The translations under genes were made by a program, and so were the position numbers. Below, in pieces: positions 8,865 to 17,763 of a stretch of DNA of 64,000 nt (the first letter of the stretch is position 1; every line of letters starts with the position of its first letter). Origin of the DNA: Actinomycetes bacterium. Lineage in GTDB: Bacteria; Actinomycetota; Thermoleophilia; Gaiellales; F1-60-MAGs149. The stretch covers positions 1,555 to 65,554 of the forward strand of contig JANYCN010000049.1 of NCBI GenBank assembly GCA_025360225.1, written 5' to 3'. A model generated the notes under the pieces. It was not told the DNA's origin, searched no databases, and worked only from the letters and a program-made list of their open reading frames with translations.

Positions 8865-10967
8865 TCATCTAGCAAAGCGGCGAAGCCGGAGCGAGTTCGT
8901 CACGACGAGCAGGCTCGAGCTGGCCATCGCACCCGCGGCAACCATCGGGTGGAGGGCACCAGCCGCCGCGAGCGGGATCGCCGCGACGTTGTAGGCGAAC
9001 GCCCAGACGAGGTTGCCGCGGATCACCGCGAGGGTGCGCCGAGCGAGCCGGATCGCGTCGGTGACGGCGAGGAGGTCGCTCCGAGCGAGCGTGATGTCCG
9101 AGGCCTCGATCGCCGCGTCGGTGCCGGCACCGATCGACAGGCCGATCGTCGCCTCGGCGAGCGCGGGAGCATCGTTGACCCCGTCGCCGACCACGGCGAC
9201 GACCCGGCCGGCAGACTGGAGGGCGCGCACGACCTCCACCTTCCCCGCGGGCGTGACGCCGGCGAGGACCTCGTCGATCCCCACCGCGGCAGCAACCGAG
9301 CGCGCCACCGCCTCCGAGTCACCCGTGACGAGGACCGGCCGCAGCCCCAGCTCGCGCATCCGGCGAACCGCCGCCGCGCTCGTCGGACGCACCTCGTCGG
9401 CGACGGAGACGACGCCGCAGGCAACGCCGTCGACGACGACGACCACCGCCGTCTGGCCGGCCGTCGCCGCCGCTGAGACGGCCGCCTCGAGGGGCCCGCT
9501 CACCGGATGGCGTCCGACGGCAACGACACGTCCACCGACGAGCCCCGACACGCCAAGACCGACCTGCGCCACGAACGCGTCGACCGGTGCTAGCGCTCCG
9601 GCACGCTCGAGGGCGGCACGAGCGATCGCCCGTCCGATCGGGTGCTCCGAGCCATGCTCGACGGCGCCCGCAAGCGCGAGCACCTCCTCCTCCGTCGCTC
9701 CTTCGATGGCGGCGCAGGCAACGACGCGCATCGTTCCCGTCGTTATCGTTCCCGTCTTGTCCAGCACGATCGTGTCGATCCGCCGCGTCGACTCGAGGAC
9801 CGCCGGTCCGCGAATCAGCAGGCCGAGCTGCGCGCCGCGCCCGGTGCCGACGAGCAGCGCCGTCGGGGTGGCGAGCCCGAGCGCGCACGGGCAGGCGATG
9901 ATCAAGACGGCAACGGCGTTGGTGAGGGCTCGGCCCTGGGACGCGCCGGCTCCGAGCCAGTAGCCGTAGGTCGCCGTCGCGAGGACGATCACGCACGGGA
10001 CGAAGATCGCGGCGACACGATCAGCGAGCCGCTGGACTGACGCCTTGCCGGACTGGGCGTCGCGAACGAGGCGTTGGATCCCGGCGAGCGCGGTGTCGAC
10101 GCCGACCCGCGTCGCCCGCACCTCGAGGCGCCCGGCGACGTTCAGGGTGCCGCCGGCGACGGCGTCTCCGACGACGACGTCGCGAGGCATGCTCTCCCCG
10201 GTGAGCATCGACTCGTCGACGGCCGATGCGCCAGCAACGACGACCCCGTCAGTTGCGATCCGCTCGCCGGGCCGCAGGACGAGACGGTCGCCGACAGACA
10301 GATGCGCGGCGGAGACCGACCGTTCGACGCCGTCAACGAGCACCGATGCCGTCGACGGCGCGAGCGCCAGCAACGCGCCGATCGCGCCTCCGGCGCGCTG
10401 CTTCGCCCGCGCCTCCAACCAACGCCCGAGAAGGATCAAGGTCACCACCGTGCCGGCCACCTCGAAGTACAGCTCGCCGCCGTCGAGCACGCCGACGACT
10501 GACGCGCCCCACGCGGCGACGCTGCCGATCGAGATCAGCGTGTCCATCGAGGCGGACGCTTGGCGCAGGTTCCGCCAGGTCGCGCGGTGCAGCGGCCAGC
10601 CGCTCCACCAGACGACAGGTGAGACGAGGACGAGGGCGGCGAAGCGCAGCCACGGAGCGTCCAGGCCGGTCATCGCGGCGACCATCACCGGCGCGGTGAG
10701 CACGATGCCGACGACGACGCGAGCGGCGAGGCGATCGTCGTCGGCTCGCGGCGCCTCACCCTGGGCGACGGCGTGATAGCCAAGCTTCTCGACCGTCGCG
10801 CACACCAGCTCGAGCGACGCCGCGTCCGGTACCTGCACGCGGGCCGACGCGACGGCGTAGTTCACGGTCGCGGTGACGCCGTCGAGCCGGTTCAGGCCTC
10901 GCTCGATGCGGGATGCGCAACTGGCACAGGTCATGCCCTCGATCGGGACGTCGACGTTCACCGTCAA
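8865..10967 (-). CDS. copA: Copper-translocating P1B-type ATPase
   Basis: HMA domain GMTCASCASRIE, CPC motif IIACPCALGLATP, DKTGTIT, GDGVNDAPAL. The first 98 codons of track ORF 8865..11261 overlap copZ and a small ORF and look non-coding. I place the start at TTG 10967 (LTVNVDVPIEGMTC), which forms a TTGA overlap with the upstream stop. GTG 10961 is an alternative. Confidence 0.88.
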   Translation of the reverse strand: MTVNVDVPIEGMTCASCASRIERGLNRLDGVTATVNYAVASARVQVPDAASLELVCATVEKLGYHAVAQGEAPRADDDRLAARVVVGIVLTAPVMVAAMTGLDAPWLRFAALVLVSPVVWWSGWPLHRATWRNLRQASASMDTLISIGSVAAWGASVVGVLDGGELYFEVAGTVVTLILLGRWLEARAKQRAGGAIGALLALAPSTASVLVDGVERSVSAAHLSVGDRLVLRPGERIATDGVVVAGASAVDESMLTGESMPRDVVVGDAVAGGTLNVAGRLEVRATRVGVDTALAGIQRLVRDAQSGKASVQRLADRVAAIFVPCVIVLATATYGYWLGAGASQGRALTNAVAVLIIACPCALGLATPTALLVGTGRGAQLGLLIRGPAVLESTRRIDTIVLDKTGTITTGTMRVVACAAIEGATEEEVLALAGAVEHGSEHPIGRAIARAALERAGALAPVDAFVAQVGLGVSGLVGGRVVAVGRHPVSGPLEAAVSAAATAGQTAVVVVVDGVACGVVSVADEVRPTSAAAVRRMRELGLRPVLVTGDSEAVARSVAAAVGIDEVLAGVTPAGKVEVVRALQSAGRVVAVVGDGVNDAPALAEATIGLSIGAGTDAAIEASDITLARSDLLAVTDAIRLARRTLAVIRGNLVWAFAYNVAAIPLAAAGALHPMVAAGAMASSSLLVVTNSLRLRRFAR

Positions 10968-11161
10968 CGCCGCCGTGCCTGATGGCTCGCTCGCAGCGCC
11001 GGTCCCGCTCCCGCCACGAACGCCTCGGACCGGAGACCGACGGTCGGCGGGCCAGCGCCGACGCGGCGTGCGTGTCCGATCGCGTACGCGCTCGTGCCGA
11101 CCATCACGAGCCCGGCGACGAACGCCAGAAGGCGCCACCCGGGTCGCGGTCGACCACTCAC
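10964..11161 (-). CDS. Small single-TM protein (65 aa) wedged between copZ and copA
   Basis: MSGRPRPGWRLLAFVAGLVMVGTSAYAIGHARR... contains one hydrophobic helix. Third-position GC is high in this frame. Its ATG overlaps the copZ stop (ATGA) and its TGA overlaps the proposed copA TTG (TTGA). Confidence 0.5.
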   Translation of the reverse strand: MSGRPRPGWRLLAFVAGLVMVGTSAYAIGHARRVGAGPPTVGLRSEAFVAGAGPALRASHQARRR

Positions 11162-11364
11162 GCCGGTGCGACGTCGAAGCCGGCGTCGTCGATGGCGTCA
11201 CGGACGGCCTCGTCGTCGAACGCTGGACCAGCGACGACAACGGACATCGCTGCGAGGTCAACGGTGACGGAACTGACGCCGCTCACCCGCCCAACGGAGG
11301 AGCGGATCGCCTCCTCGCAGTGGGCACAGGTCATCCCGGGGACGGTGAAGGTGCGTGCCTGCAC
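11158..11364 (-). CDS. copZ: Copper chaperone, heavy-metal-associated domain
   Basis: MQARTFTVPGMTCAHCEEAIRSSV is an MxCxxC HMA fold. It is 68 aa and starts at GTG. Confidence 0.88.
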   Translation of the reverse strand: MQARTFTVPGMTCAHCEEAIRSSVGRVSGVSSVTVDLAAMSVVVAGPAFDDEAVRDAIDDAGFDVAPA

Positions 11365-11378
11365 GAACGCACCCTATC

Positions 11379-11395
11379 ATACCCCCAGGGGGTAT
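11379..11395. promoter_or_regulatory. CsoR-type operator palindrome ATACCCCCAGGGGGTAT
   Basis: Perfect 17-bp palindrome centred in the 40-bp divergent copZ/csoR intergenic region. It matches the ATACCC...GGGTAT-type CsoR boxes as I recall them. Confidence 0.7.
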
Positions 11396-11404
11396 AGTTG
11401 GAGA

Positions 11405-11704
11405 ATGACGGAACGAGAACAACCCGCTCCGCGCGGCTACTCCGCGTCGCGCGACCAGATCGTCGCCCGGCTGGCGAAGGTCGAGGGACAGGTGCGCGGC
11501 ATCGGTCGGATGGTCGCCGAGGAGCGCTACTGCGTCGACGTCCTGACCCAGATCGCAGCGGCGCAAGCCGCACTCGACAAGGTCGCGCTCGGCCTCCTCG
11601 ACACGCACGTCGCACACTGCGTGGTCGGCGGCCACGGGCCGGGCACGCCCACCGAACGCACGGAGGAGCTGATGGCCGCCGTCGGCCGGCTCATCCGTCG
11701 TTGA
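11405..11704 (+). CDS. csoR: Copper-sensing transcriptional repressor, CsoR family
   Basis: Internal ATG of track ORF 10913..11704. Reads DQIVARLAKVEGQVRGIGRMVAEERYCVDVLTQIAAAQAALDKVALGLLDTHVAHC, the CsoR C-H-C signature region. Confidence 0.88.
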   Translation: MTEREQPAPRGYSASRDQIVARLAKVEGQVRGIGRMVAEERYCVDVLTQIAAAQAALDKVALGLLDTHVAHCVVGGHGPGTPTERTEELMAAVGRLIRR

Positions 11705-12375
11705 ACGCCGTCCCCGCGCACGACCCGGCGAACGCGGTCGCGGTGGCCGGACACCTGCTCGAGACCGCACGCGGCGGCGCCGTCGCCAGCGCCATGTTCG
11801 TCTTCGCCCGCCCGACGATCGTGATTGGCTCAGCGCAGCCCAAGGTCTCGGTGCGCGCGGAGGTCGCGGCGGCGGATGGCGTAGCGGTGATCCGGCGCGG
11901 CTCCGGCGGTGGCGCGGTCCTCTGCGACGCTGGCCTCGTCGAGGTCGACGTTGCCGTGCCGAACGGGCACGAGCTCGCGATCGGCGACGTGACCGAGTCC
12001 TATCGCTGGTTCGGCATGGCGTGGGTCGCGGCGCTCGCCGACCTCGGCATCGCCGCCCGCCTGGTGATGCCCGACGAGGCCCGCAGCCTGAGCGCCGAGC
12101 GGCGCGCCGCCGGCCGCGACGCCTGCTACGCGTCGCTCTCGCCGTACGAGGTCGTCACGCTCGACGGCAGGAAGCTCGTCGGCCTCTGCCAGCGGCGACG
12201 CGGGGGCGCCGTCGTGTACCAGTCGTCGGTGGCGGTTACCGGCTCGCCGGGGCGGGTCGCCCGCTACCTGAACGCGGTCCGGCTGCCCGGCCTCGAGCGC
12301 GCCGTAGCCCTCGCAGACCTCGGCTGCGACGCGACGGTCGATCAGGTCGCGACGGCGATCACGCTTCCTCGCTGA
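11701..12375 (+). CDS. Lipoate/biotin protein ligase family protein (LplA/LipB-like catalytic domain)
   Basis: FARPTIVIGSAQ...VIRRGSGGGAVLCDAG...YEVVTLDGRKLVGLCQRRRGGAVVYQSSV is a BPL_LplA_LipB pattern. The proposed TTG 11701 overlaps the csoR stop (TTGA). The start is uncertain. Confidence 0.65.
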   Translation: MNAVPAHDPANAVAVAGHLLETARGGAVASAMFVFARPTIVIGSAQPKVSVRAEVAAADGVAVIRRGSGGGAVLCDAGLVEVDVAVPNGHELAIGDVTESYRWFGMAWVAALADLGIAARLVMPDEARSLSAERRAAGRDACYASLSPYEVVTLDGRKLVGLCQRRRGGAVVYQSSVAVTGSPGRVARYLNAVRLPGLERAVALADLGCDATVDQVATAITLPR

Positions 12376-12742
12376 GCCGCGCTCGGGCGGCCCGAGCCTT
12401 CGCTCGCACGCGTGCACGAGCGACGTCGACCGGATCCTCCTCGGGTCGATCAACGGTGACGGTCTCGTGCGCGGCGTCGGCGTTCGCCGCAGCGACGCTC
12501 GCGAGCCCCTCCGCGACGGCGCTCTCCGCAAGGCGAGCGCGGAGCGAGAGGCGCAGGTCGTCGGTGACGGCGGCTGGCTCGTCAAGGTCGACGTCCGGAG
12601 CGACGGTGAGGTCCTCGTAGTGATGACGATCGGTGCGGCGCAGCACGGTGCGCGCCACCCACTCGCGCGTTCCCTCTCGACCGGCAAGGGCGAAAGCGGC
12701 GCCCACCGCGCCTGCCACGCCGACAATGATGCGCTTCTTCAA
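12359..12742 (-). CDS. Hypothetical membrane-anchored protein (127 aa)
   Basis: TTG start at 12742 is preceded by GAAGGAG 7 nt upstream. N-terminal TM segment LKKRIIVGVAGAVGAAFALAG. Third-position GC is high. The track ORF extends to 13132, but that part is antisense to rpsF. Confidence 0.55.
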   Translation of the reverse strand: MKKRIIVGVAGAVGAAFALAGREGTREWVARTVLRRTDRHHYEDLTVAPDVDLDEPAAVTDDLRLSLRARLAESAVAEGLASVAAANADAAHETVTVDRPEEDPVDVARARVRAKARAARARLSEEA

Positions 12743-12868
12743 CCGTGGCTCCTTCGTGATCCGTGAAGCGTAGCGGCGCCTCGGCTCTCGGTCCGCTGCT
12801 ACGCTGATCAGGTTACGGCCGCCAACGGCCCTTTTCGATTGCTCGTCGCCAGGAGGCGTGTCGTCCCA

Positions 12869-13192
12869 GTGAAGTCCTACGAAGCCCTGATCCTGATCGA
12901 CCCGGATGCCGACGAAGAGCGCCAGGACGAGATCGTCGGCCGCGTCCGCGAGATCGTGCTCAGCGGTGGCGGCACATGGGACGCCCTCGACCCGTGGGGT
13001 CGTCGCAAGCTCGCCTTTGCGATCACCAAGAAGACCGAGGCGCACCACTGGATGGTGCACTTCACCTGCCCGACGCCTGCGCTCGCTGAGGTCGATCGGG
13101 TCCTGCGCATCACCGACGGCGTGCTTCGGCACATGTCCGTGATCCGTCGTCCCGCGCGGCCTTCGAAGAAGAAGAGCGCAGCAGCGAGCTGA
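12869..13192 (+). CDS. rpsF: 30S ribosomal protein S6
   Basis: VKSYEALILIDPDADEERQDEIVGRVREIV...WGRRKLAFAI. GTG 12869 lies downstream of AGGAGG (12851..12856). Confidence 0.9.
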   Translation: MKSYEALILIDPDADEERQDEIVGRVREIVLSGGGTWDALDPWGRRKLAFAITKKTEAHHWMVHFTCPTPALAEVDRVLRITDGVLRHMSVIRRPARPSKKKSAAAS

Positions 13193-13285
13193 TCCCGCGC
13201 GGAAGCTGCGCGTGTTCGCGCAGCACCACCGCGGAGCGCATGCTCTACGCTAGTCCGAACAGACGTTCGGCAGAGGAGTGAGATC

Positions 13286-13756
13286 GTGGCAAACATCAAT
13301 CGCGTGGTGCTCGTCGGGAACCTGACCCGCGACCCCGAGCTGAAGTCGCTCCCGAGCGGCATGTCGGTGTGCGACCTTGGCATCGCAGTCAACCATCGGC
13401 GCAAGAACCAGCAGAGCGGCGAGTGGATCGAGGAGCCGAACTACTTCACCGTCTCGGTGTTCGGCACGCAGGGCGAGAGCTGTGCCCGGTTCCTCACCAA
13501 GGGCCGCCAGGTCGCAGTCGATGGCCGGCTCCGCTGGCGCCAGTGGGATGCGCCGGACGGCACGAAGCGCTCGACGGTCGACGTGATCGCCGAGACCGTG
13601 CAGTTCGTCGGCCCGCGCGATGGCGCCGGGCAGGGCGGTGGTGGCGAGAGCTCCTACGGTGGCGGACGACCGCAGGCCGCCGCCGCAGCGGCTCCCAAAG
13701 AGCAGGGTCCATGGACCGGCGGGGGCGCCGACATGGACGACGACATTCCCTTCTAA
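13286..13756 (+). CDS. ssb: Single-stranded DNA-binding protein
   Basis: MANINRVVLVGNLTRDPELK...OB fold, Gly-rich linker and acidic tail DMDDDIPF. Confidence 0.93.
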   Translation: MANINRVVLVGNLTRDPELKSLPSGMSVCDLGIAVNHRRKNQQSGEWIEEPNYFTVSVFGTQGESCARFLTKGRQVAVDGRLRWRQWDAPDGTKRSTVDVIAETVQFVGPRDGAGQGGGGESSYGGGRPQAAAAAAPKEQGPWTGGGADMDDDIPF

Positions 13757-13779
13757 CCTCGAGCATCGGACTTTCGGAC

Positions 13780-14307
13780 ATGGCACGGACTGGAACACAG
13801 AAGGCGATCCTCCTCGTCGACGTCGAGCACCTCGGTCATCGCGGCGACGTTGTCGGCGTCGCCCGCGGCTACATGCGCAACTACCTGCTTCCCCGGCACC
13901 TCGCCGAGGTGGCGACCGAGGCGCGCGTCGCCGAGGTCGAGAAGGTGCGAGCGAGCCGCGCGAAGCAGGAGGCCCGGTCGCTCGAGCAGGCACAGGGCAT
14001 CGCGAAGGTGCTGAGCGGCACGCTGCTCACGATCCCCGCGCGCTCGGGCGCCGATGGGCGCCTCTACGGCTCGATCACCTCGGCGGACATCGCCGATGAG
14101 GTCTGGCGCACGCGCAAGATCCGCGTCGACCGTCGTAAGGTGCGCCTCGACGAGCCGATCAAGGCGCTCGGTACCTACCTGATCGCGATCGACATCTTCC
14201 CCGAGGTGCGTGCAGCGATGCGCACGCAGGTCATTCAGGCGGAGGGGTTCGACATGACAGCGACGGCGACCGACGCGCAGCCGACCGACCTCGTCGCCGT
14301 CTCATAG
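13780..14307 (+). CDS. rplI: 50S ribosomal protein L9
   Basis: Internal ATG of track ORF 13369..14307. Reads AILLVDVEHLGHRGDVVGVARGYMRNYLLPRHLA. Confidence 0.9.
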   Translation: MARTGTQKAILLVDVEHLGHRGDVVGVARGYMRNYLLPRHLAEVATEARVAEVEKVRASRAKQEARSLEQAQGIAKVLSGTLLTIPARSGADGRLYGSITSADIADEVWRTRKIRVDRRKVRLDEPIKALGTYLIAIDIFPEVRAAMRTQVIQAEGFDMTATATDAQPTDLVAVS

Positions 14308-14323
14308 CTCGGGGTTCGGAGCC

Positions 14324-15682
14324 GTGAGCGCCGTCGGCACGTCGCCGGGGCCGACCGTACCACCACAGGATCTCGACGCCGAGGAGTCCGTCCTCGGCGC
14401 GATGCTCCTGTCCGAGTCTGCCGTCGACCTGGTGACCGAGATCGTGCGCCCGCACGACTTCTACCGACCCGCGAACGGCGTGATCTTTGATGCCGTCCAG
14501 CGACTCTACGGCGGCAACCGGCCGGTGGACGCGATCACCGTCTCCGACGAGCTCGCGACGATGGGCAAGCTCGACGAGGTCGGCGGAGCGCCGTACATCC
14601 ATGGGCTCTCCGACGCGATCCCGGCCGTCGCAAACGTGCGCCGCTACGCCGAGATCGTCCACGACCTGGCGGTGATCCGCCGACTGATCGCCGCCGGCAC
14701 GGCGATCGCGCAGCTCGGGTACGAGCGATCGTCGTCGGCGACCGAGCTCGTCGATCAGGCCGAGTCGCTCGTCTTCGACGTCGCGCAGGAGCGCGTGCAC
14801 CAGGGCCTCGTGCCGATCAAGAACCTGCTCCACGAGGAGTTCGAGCGGATCGAGAAGCTGCAGGAGTCCGGCTCCGACGTCACCGGCGTGCCGTCTGGTC
14901 TCCGCGATCTCGACCGCGTGCTCTCGGGCTTCCAGGACTCGAACCTCGTGATCCTGGCGGCGCGGCCTGGCATGGGGAAGACCTCGATGGCGCTCGGCTT
15001 CGCGCGCCACGTCGGCGTGCACGAGAACCTGCCGGTCGCGATCTTCAGCCTCGAGATGTCAAAGCACGAGGTGACACAGCGCCTGATGTGCGGGGAAGGC
15101 CTGGTCGACTCGACGCTCCTGCGGAGCGGGCGCACGATGCGTCCCGAGGACTGGGCAAGCCTGACGGCGGCGTGTGACCGCCTGTCCCGCGCGCCGATCT
15201 ACATCGACGATACCGCCGGCGTCAACGTGATGGAGATCCGCTCGAAAGCCCGCCGGCTGAAGAGCGTCGAGAAGGGCCTCGCGCTGATCATCGTTGACTA
15301 CCTGCAGCTGATGAGCGGCTCGACATCCAGCCGCGACGATGGTCGCGTGCAGGAGATCTCGCACATCTCCCGCTCGCTGAAGCTGCTCGCGCGTGACCTC
15401 AACACGCCGGTGATCGCGCTCTCCCAGCTCTCCCGCGCCGTCGAGAGCCGCACCGACAAGCGACCGCTGCTATCTGACCTGCGCGAGTCCGGCTCGATCG
15501 AGCAGGACGCCGACGTCGTGATGTTCATCTACCGCGACGACTACTACAACAAGGAATCCGAGAACCCGGGCGTGGCCGAGATCGTCGTGGCAAAGCACCG
15601 GAGCGGCGCAACCGGCAGCGTCGAGGTCGCGTTCCGCCAGAAGTACACGTTGTTCTCCGACCTTCTCCGAGGGGAGAACTGA
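14324..15682 (+). CDS. dnaB: Replicative DNA helicase
   Basis: PPQDLDAEESVLGAMLLS N-terminus, Walker A ARPGMGKTS, IVDYLQLM, SQLSRAVESR. No intein-sized insertion. Confidence 0.95.
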   Translation: MSAVGTSPGPTVPPQDLDAEESVLGAMLLSESAVDLVTEIVRPHDFYRPANGVIFDAVQRLYGGNRPVDAITVSDELATMGKLDEVGGAPYIHGLSDAIPAVANVRRYAEIVHDLAVIRRLIAAGTAIAQLGYERSSSATELVDQAESLVFDVAQERVHQGLVPIKNLLHEEFERIEKLQESGSDVTGVPSGLRDLDRVLSGFQDSNLVILAARPGMGKTSMALGFARHVGVHENLPVAIFSLEMSKHEVTQRLMCGEGLVDSTLLRSGRTMRPEDWASLTAACDRLSRAPIYIDDTAGVNVMEIRSKARRLKSVEKGLALIIVDYLQLMSGSTSSRDDGRVQEISHISRSLKLLARDLNTPVIALSQLSRAVESRTDKRPLLSDLRESGSIEQDADVVMFIYRDDYYNKESENPGVAEIVVAKHRSGATGSVEVAFRQKYTLFSDLLRGEN

Positions 15683-15683
15683 G

Positions 15684-16991
15684 ATGCCAGGAGTCGTGAT
15701 CGTCGGCGCCCAGTGGGGAGACGAGGGCAAGGGAAAGATCGTCGACCTGCTCGCCGAGCAGTTCTCGATCATCGCCCGCTACCAGGGTGGCGCGAACGCT
15801 GGGCACACCGTCGTCGTCGGCGAGGAGACCTTCAAGTTCCGGCTCTTGCCGTCCGGTATCCTCGACGCCGGCAAGCTGTGCGTGCTCGGCAACGGCGTCG
15901 TGATCGATCCCGAGGCGCTCGTCGGAGAGCTCGACGAGCTCGAGGGACGCGGCCGATCTGCCGCTGGCCTTCGTATCTCGGGGAACGCCCACCTCGTGAT
16001 GCCGTGGCACCGGATCATCGACGCGCAGTCCGAGGTGCGCCTCGGCCCGTTGCAGATCGGCACGACCAAACGCGGCATCGGCCCGGCGTACGCCGACAAG
16101 GCGTCGCGCCTCGGGATCCGCGTGCAGGACCTCCTCGACCGCGGGATCCTGCGTGAGAAGGTCGCGGCTGCCCTCGCCCTGAAGAACGAGCAGCTCGAGC
16201 GGATCTACGACCACGCGTCGCTTGACCTCGATCTGCTGATGGCCGACCTCGACGTGTTTGCGGGCCGCCTTGAGCCGTACATCGCAGACACGTCGCGGCT
16301 GCTCGACACGGCGCTCCGAGCCGGCGAGCCGGTCCTGTTCGAGGGCGCCCAGGGAACGCTGCTTGACCTCGACCACGGCACGTACCCGTTCGTGACCTCC
16401 TCGAACCCGATCGCCGGCGGCGCCTGCACCGGCACCGGCATCGGCCCGACGAGGATCACCTCGGTAGTCGGTGTCGCGAAGGCCTACCTGACGCGCGTCG
16501 GCTCGGGCCCGTTTCCGAGCGAGGCCGACCCCGAGCGCGGGCTGCGTCTGCGCACGATCGGCGCCGAGTTCGGCACCGTCACGGGTCGTGAGCGCCGCTG
16601 CGGCTGGCTCGACATGGTCGGCCTGCGCTTCGCCTCCCGCGTCAACGGCATGACCGGACTGGTCCTCACCAAGCTGGACGTTCTCACCGGTTTCGAGCAG
16701 ATCCCCGTGTGTGTCGGCTACCGTCTGCGCGACGGGCTGGTGGTCGACGACTTCCCCGCACACCAGTCCGACTTCCACCACGCAGAGGCGGTCTTCAGCG
16801 AGCTGCCAGGCTGGGAGGAGGACCTCGCGGGCGTCAGGCGCTTCGAGGATCTCCCCGCGAACGCCCGTGCCTACGTCGAGTGGGTGGAGGCGGAGCTCGA
16901 CGTGCCCGTCGAGCTCGTGGGCGTCGGCGTCCGTCGCGACCAGATCCTCTCGCCGCCCGGTCGGACGACGTTTGCGCTGACAACGCGATGA
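15684..16991 (+). CDS. purA: Adenylosuccinate synthetase
   Basis: VVIVGAQWGDEGKGKIVD, GTTKRGIGPAY, GAEFGTVTGRERRCGWLD. Confidence 0.95.
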   Translation: MPGVVIVGAQWGDEGKGKIVDLLAEQFSIIARYQGGANAGHTVVVGEETFKFRLLPSGILDAGKLCVLGNGVVIDPEALVGELDELEGRGRSAAGLRISGNAHLVMPWHRIIDAQSEVRLGPLQIGTTKRGIGPAYADKASRLGIRVQDLLDRGILREKVAAALALKNEQLERIYDHASLDLDLLMADLDVFAGRLEPYIADTSRLLDTALRAGEPVLFEGAQGTLLDLDHGTYPFVTSSNPIAGGACTGTGIGPTRITSVVGVAKAYLTRVGSGPFPSEADPERGLRLRTIGAEFGTVTGRERRCGWLDMVGLRFASRVNGMTGLVLTKLDVLTGFEQIPVCVGYRLRDGLVVDDFPAHQSDFHHAEAVFSELPGWEEDLAGVRRFEDLPANARAYVEWVEAELDVPVELVGVGVRRDQILSPPGRTTFALTTR

Positions 16992-17749
16992 CGATGCCCG
17001 CGGCGCCCGGTCGTGATGCCGTGTTCGCGCCGCTCGTCGTCGAAGGCGCCGTGGAGCAGATCGTGCGGCGCCTCGGCGAGGCGATTGGCACCGGCCTTCT
17101 CCGGCCCGGCGAGCGGCTTCCGACGGAGCTCGATCTTGCCGCGCTGCTCTCCGTCGCGCCGATGACGCTGCGCCAAGCGCTCTCGATCCTGCGCGACGCA
17201 GGATACGTCGAGACGCGTCGCGGCCGTGGCGGCGGGTCGTTCGTCGCCGTCGAGGTCGAGCGGCCGCTTGCCGCCTCCGGTCGGGTGCCGTCGCCGCGGG
17301 AGCTGCGCGACCTGATCGACTGGCGTCGCGCGGTCGGTGGCGAGGCCGCCGCCCTGGCCGCGCTCCGCGCCGACGGCGCAGCGCGTGCGACGGTCGCCGC
17401 GGCGGCGACGACGACAGAGGTCGCCGCGCAGGGTGCGTTCGCAACGTACCGGCTCGCAGACGCCAGCTTCCACGTCAGCGTCGCCGCTGCCAGCGGCTCG
17501 TCGCGTCTGCTTGCCGCCGAGACGGCGATCCAGGCCGAGCTCGACGAGATCCTCGCGGCACTGCCCGGCACCGGCTCGGTGAGCGCCGTCGCCGCGTCGA
17601 CGGTCGGCCACCTGCCGATCATCCGCGCGCTCGAGCGCAGGGACGGCGACGCGGCTCGGGTTGCGATGGTGGCCCACGTCGAGGCGACGTACGACTGGGT
17701 GATCGGGCTGCATCTCGGACGCCTTGCACCCGAAACCTCTATCTGCTAG
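16988..17749 (+). CDS. GntR-family transcriptional regulator (FadR/FCD subfamily)
   Basis: ATG 16988 overlaps the purA stop (ATGA). wHTH region GERLPTELDLAALLSVAPMTLRQALSILRDAGYVETRRGRGGGSFV is followed by a helical C-terminal domain. Confidence 0.85.
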   Translation: MTMPAAPGRDAVFAPLVVEGAVEQIVRRLGEAIGTGLLRPGERLPTELDLAALLSVAPMTLRQALSILRDAGYVETRRGRGGGSFVAVEVERPLAASGRVPSPRELRDLIDWRRAVGGEAAALAALRADGAARATVAAAATTTEVAAQGAFATYRLADASFHVSVAAASGSSRLLAAETAIQAELDEILAALPGTGSVSAVAASTVGHLPIIRALERRDGDAARVAMVAHVEATYDWVIGLHLGRLAPETSIC

Positions 17750-17763
17750 CGTTTCACCACTCC

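Noticed and set aside
10968-11261. 98-codon N-terminal extension of the copA ORF in the track
   Set aside because: It overlaps copZ and the small TM ORF, is Arg/Pro/Ser/Thr-rich, has poorer third-position GC than the alternative frame, and precedes the HMA domain without any recognisable fold.
15525-17444. 639-aa minus-strand ORF, and similar long antisense ORFs (1397..2293, 23471..24286, 30784..32613, 29927..31285, 34195..35160, 35466..36659, 44579..46228, 44818..46329, 51007..51981, 62389..63336)
   Set aside because: They lie antisense to well-supported genes (purA, hutH, purB, purL/F, purH, the adhesin, the Fe-S protein). They are Arg/Pro/Ala/Gly-rich with no motifs, the typical shadow ORFs of very GC-rich DNA.
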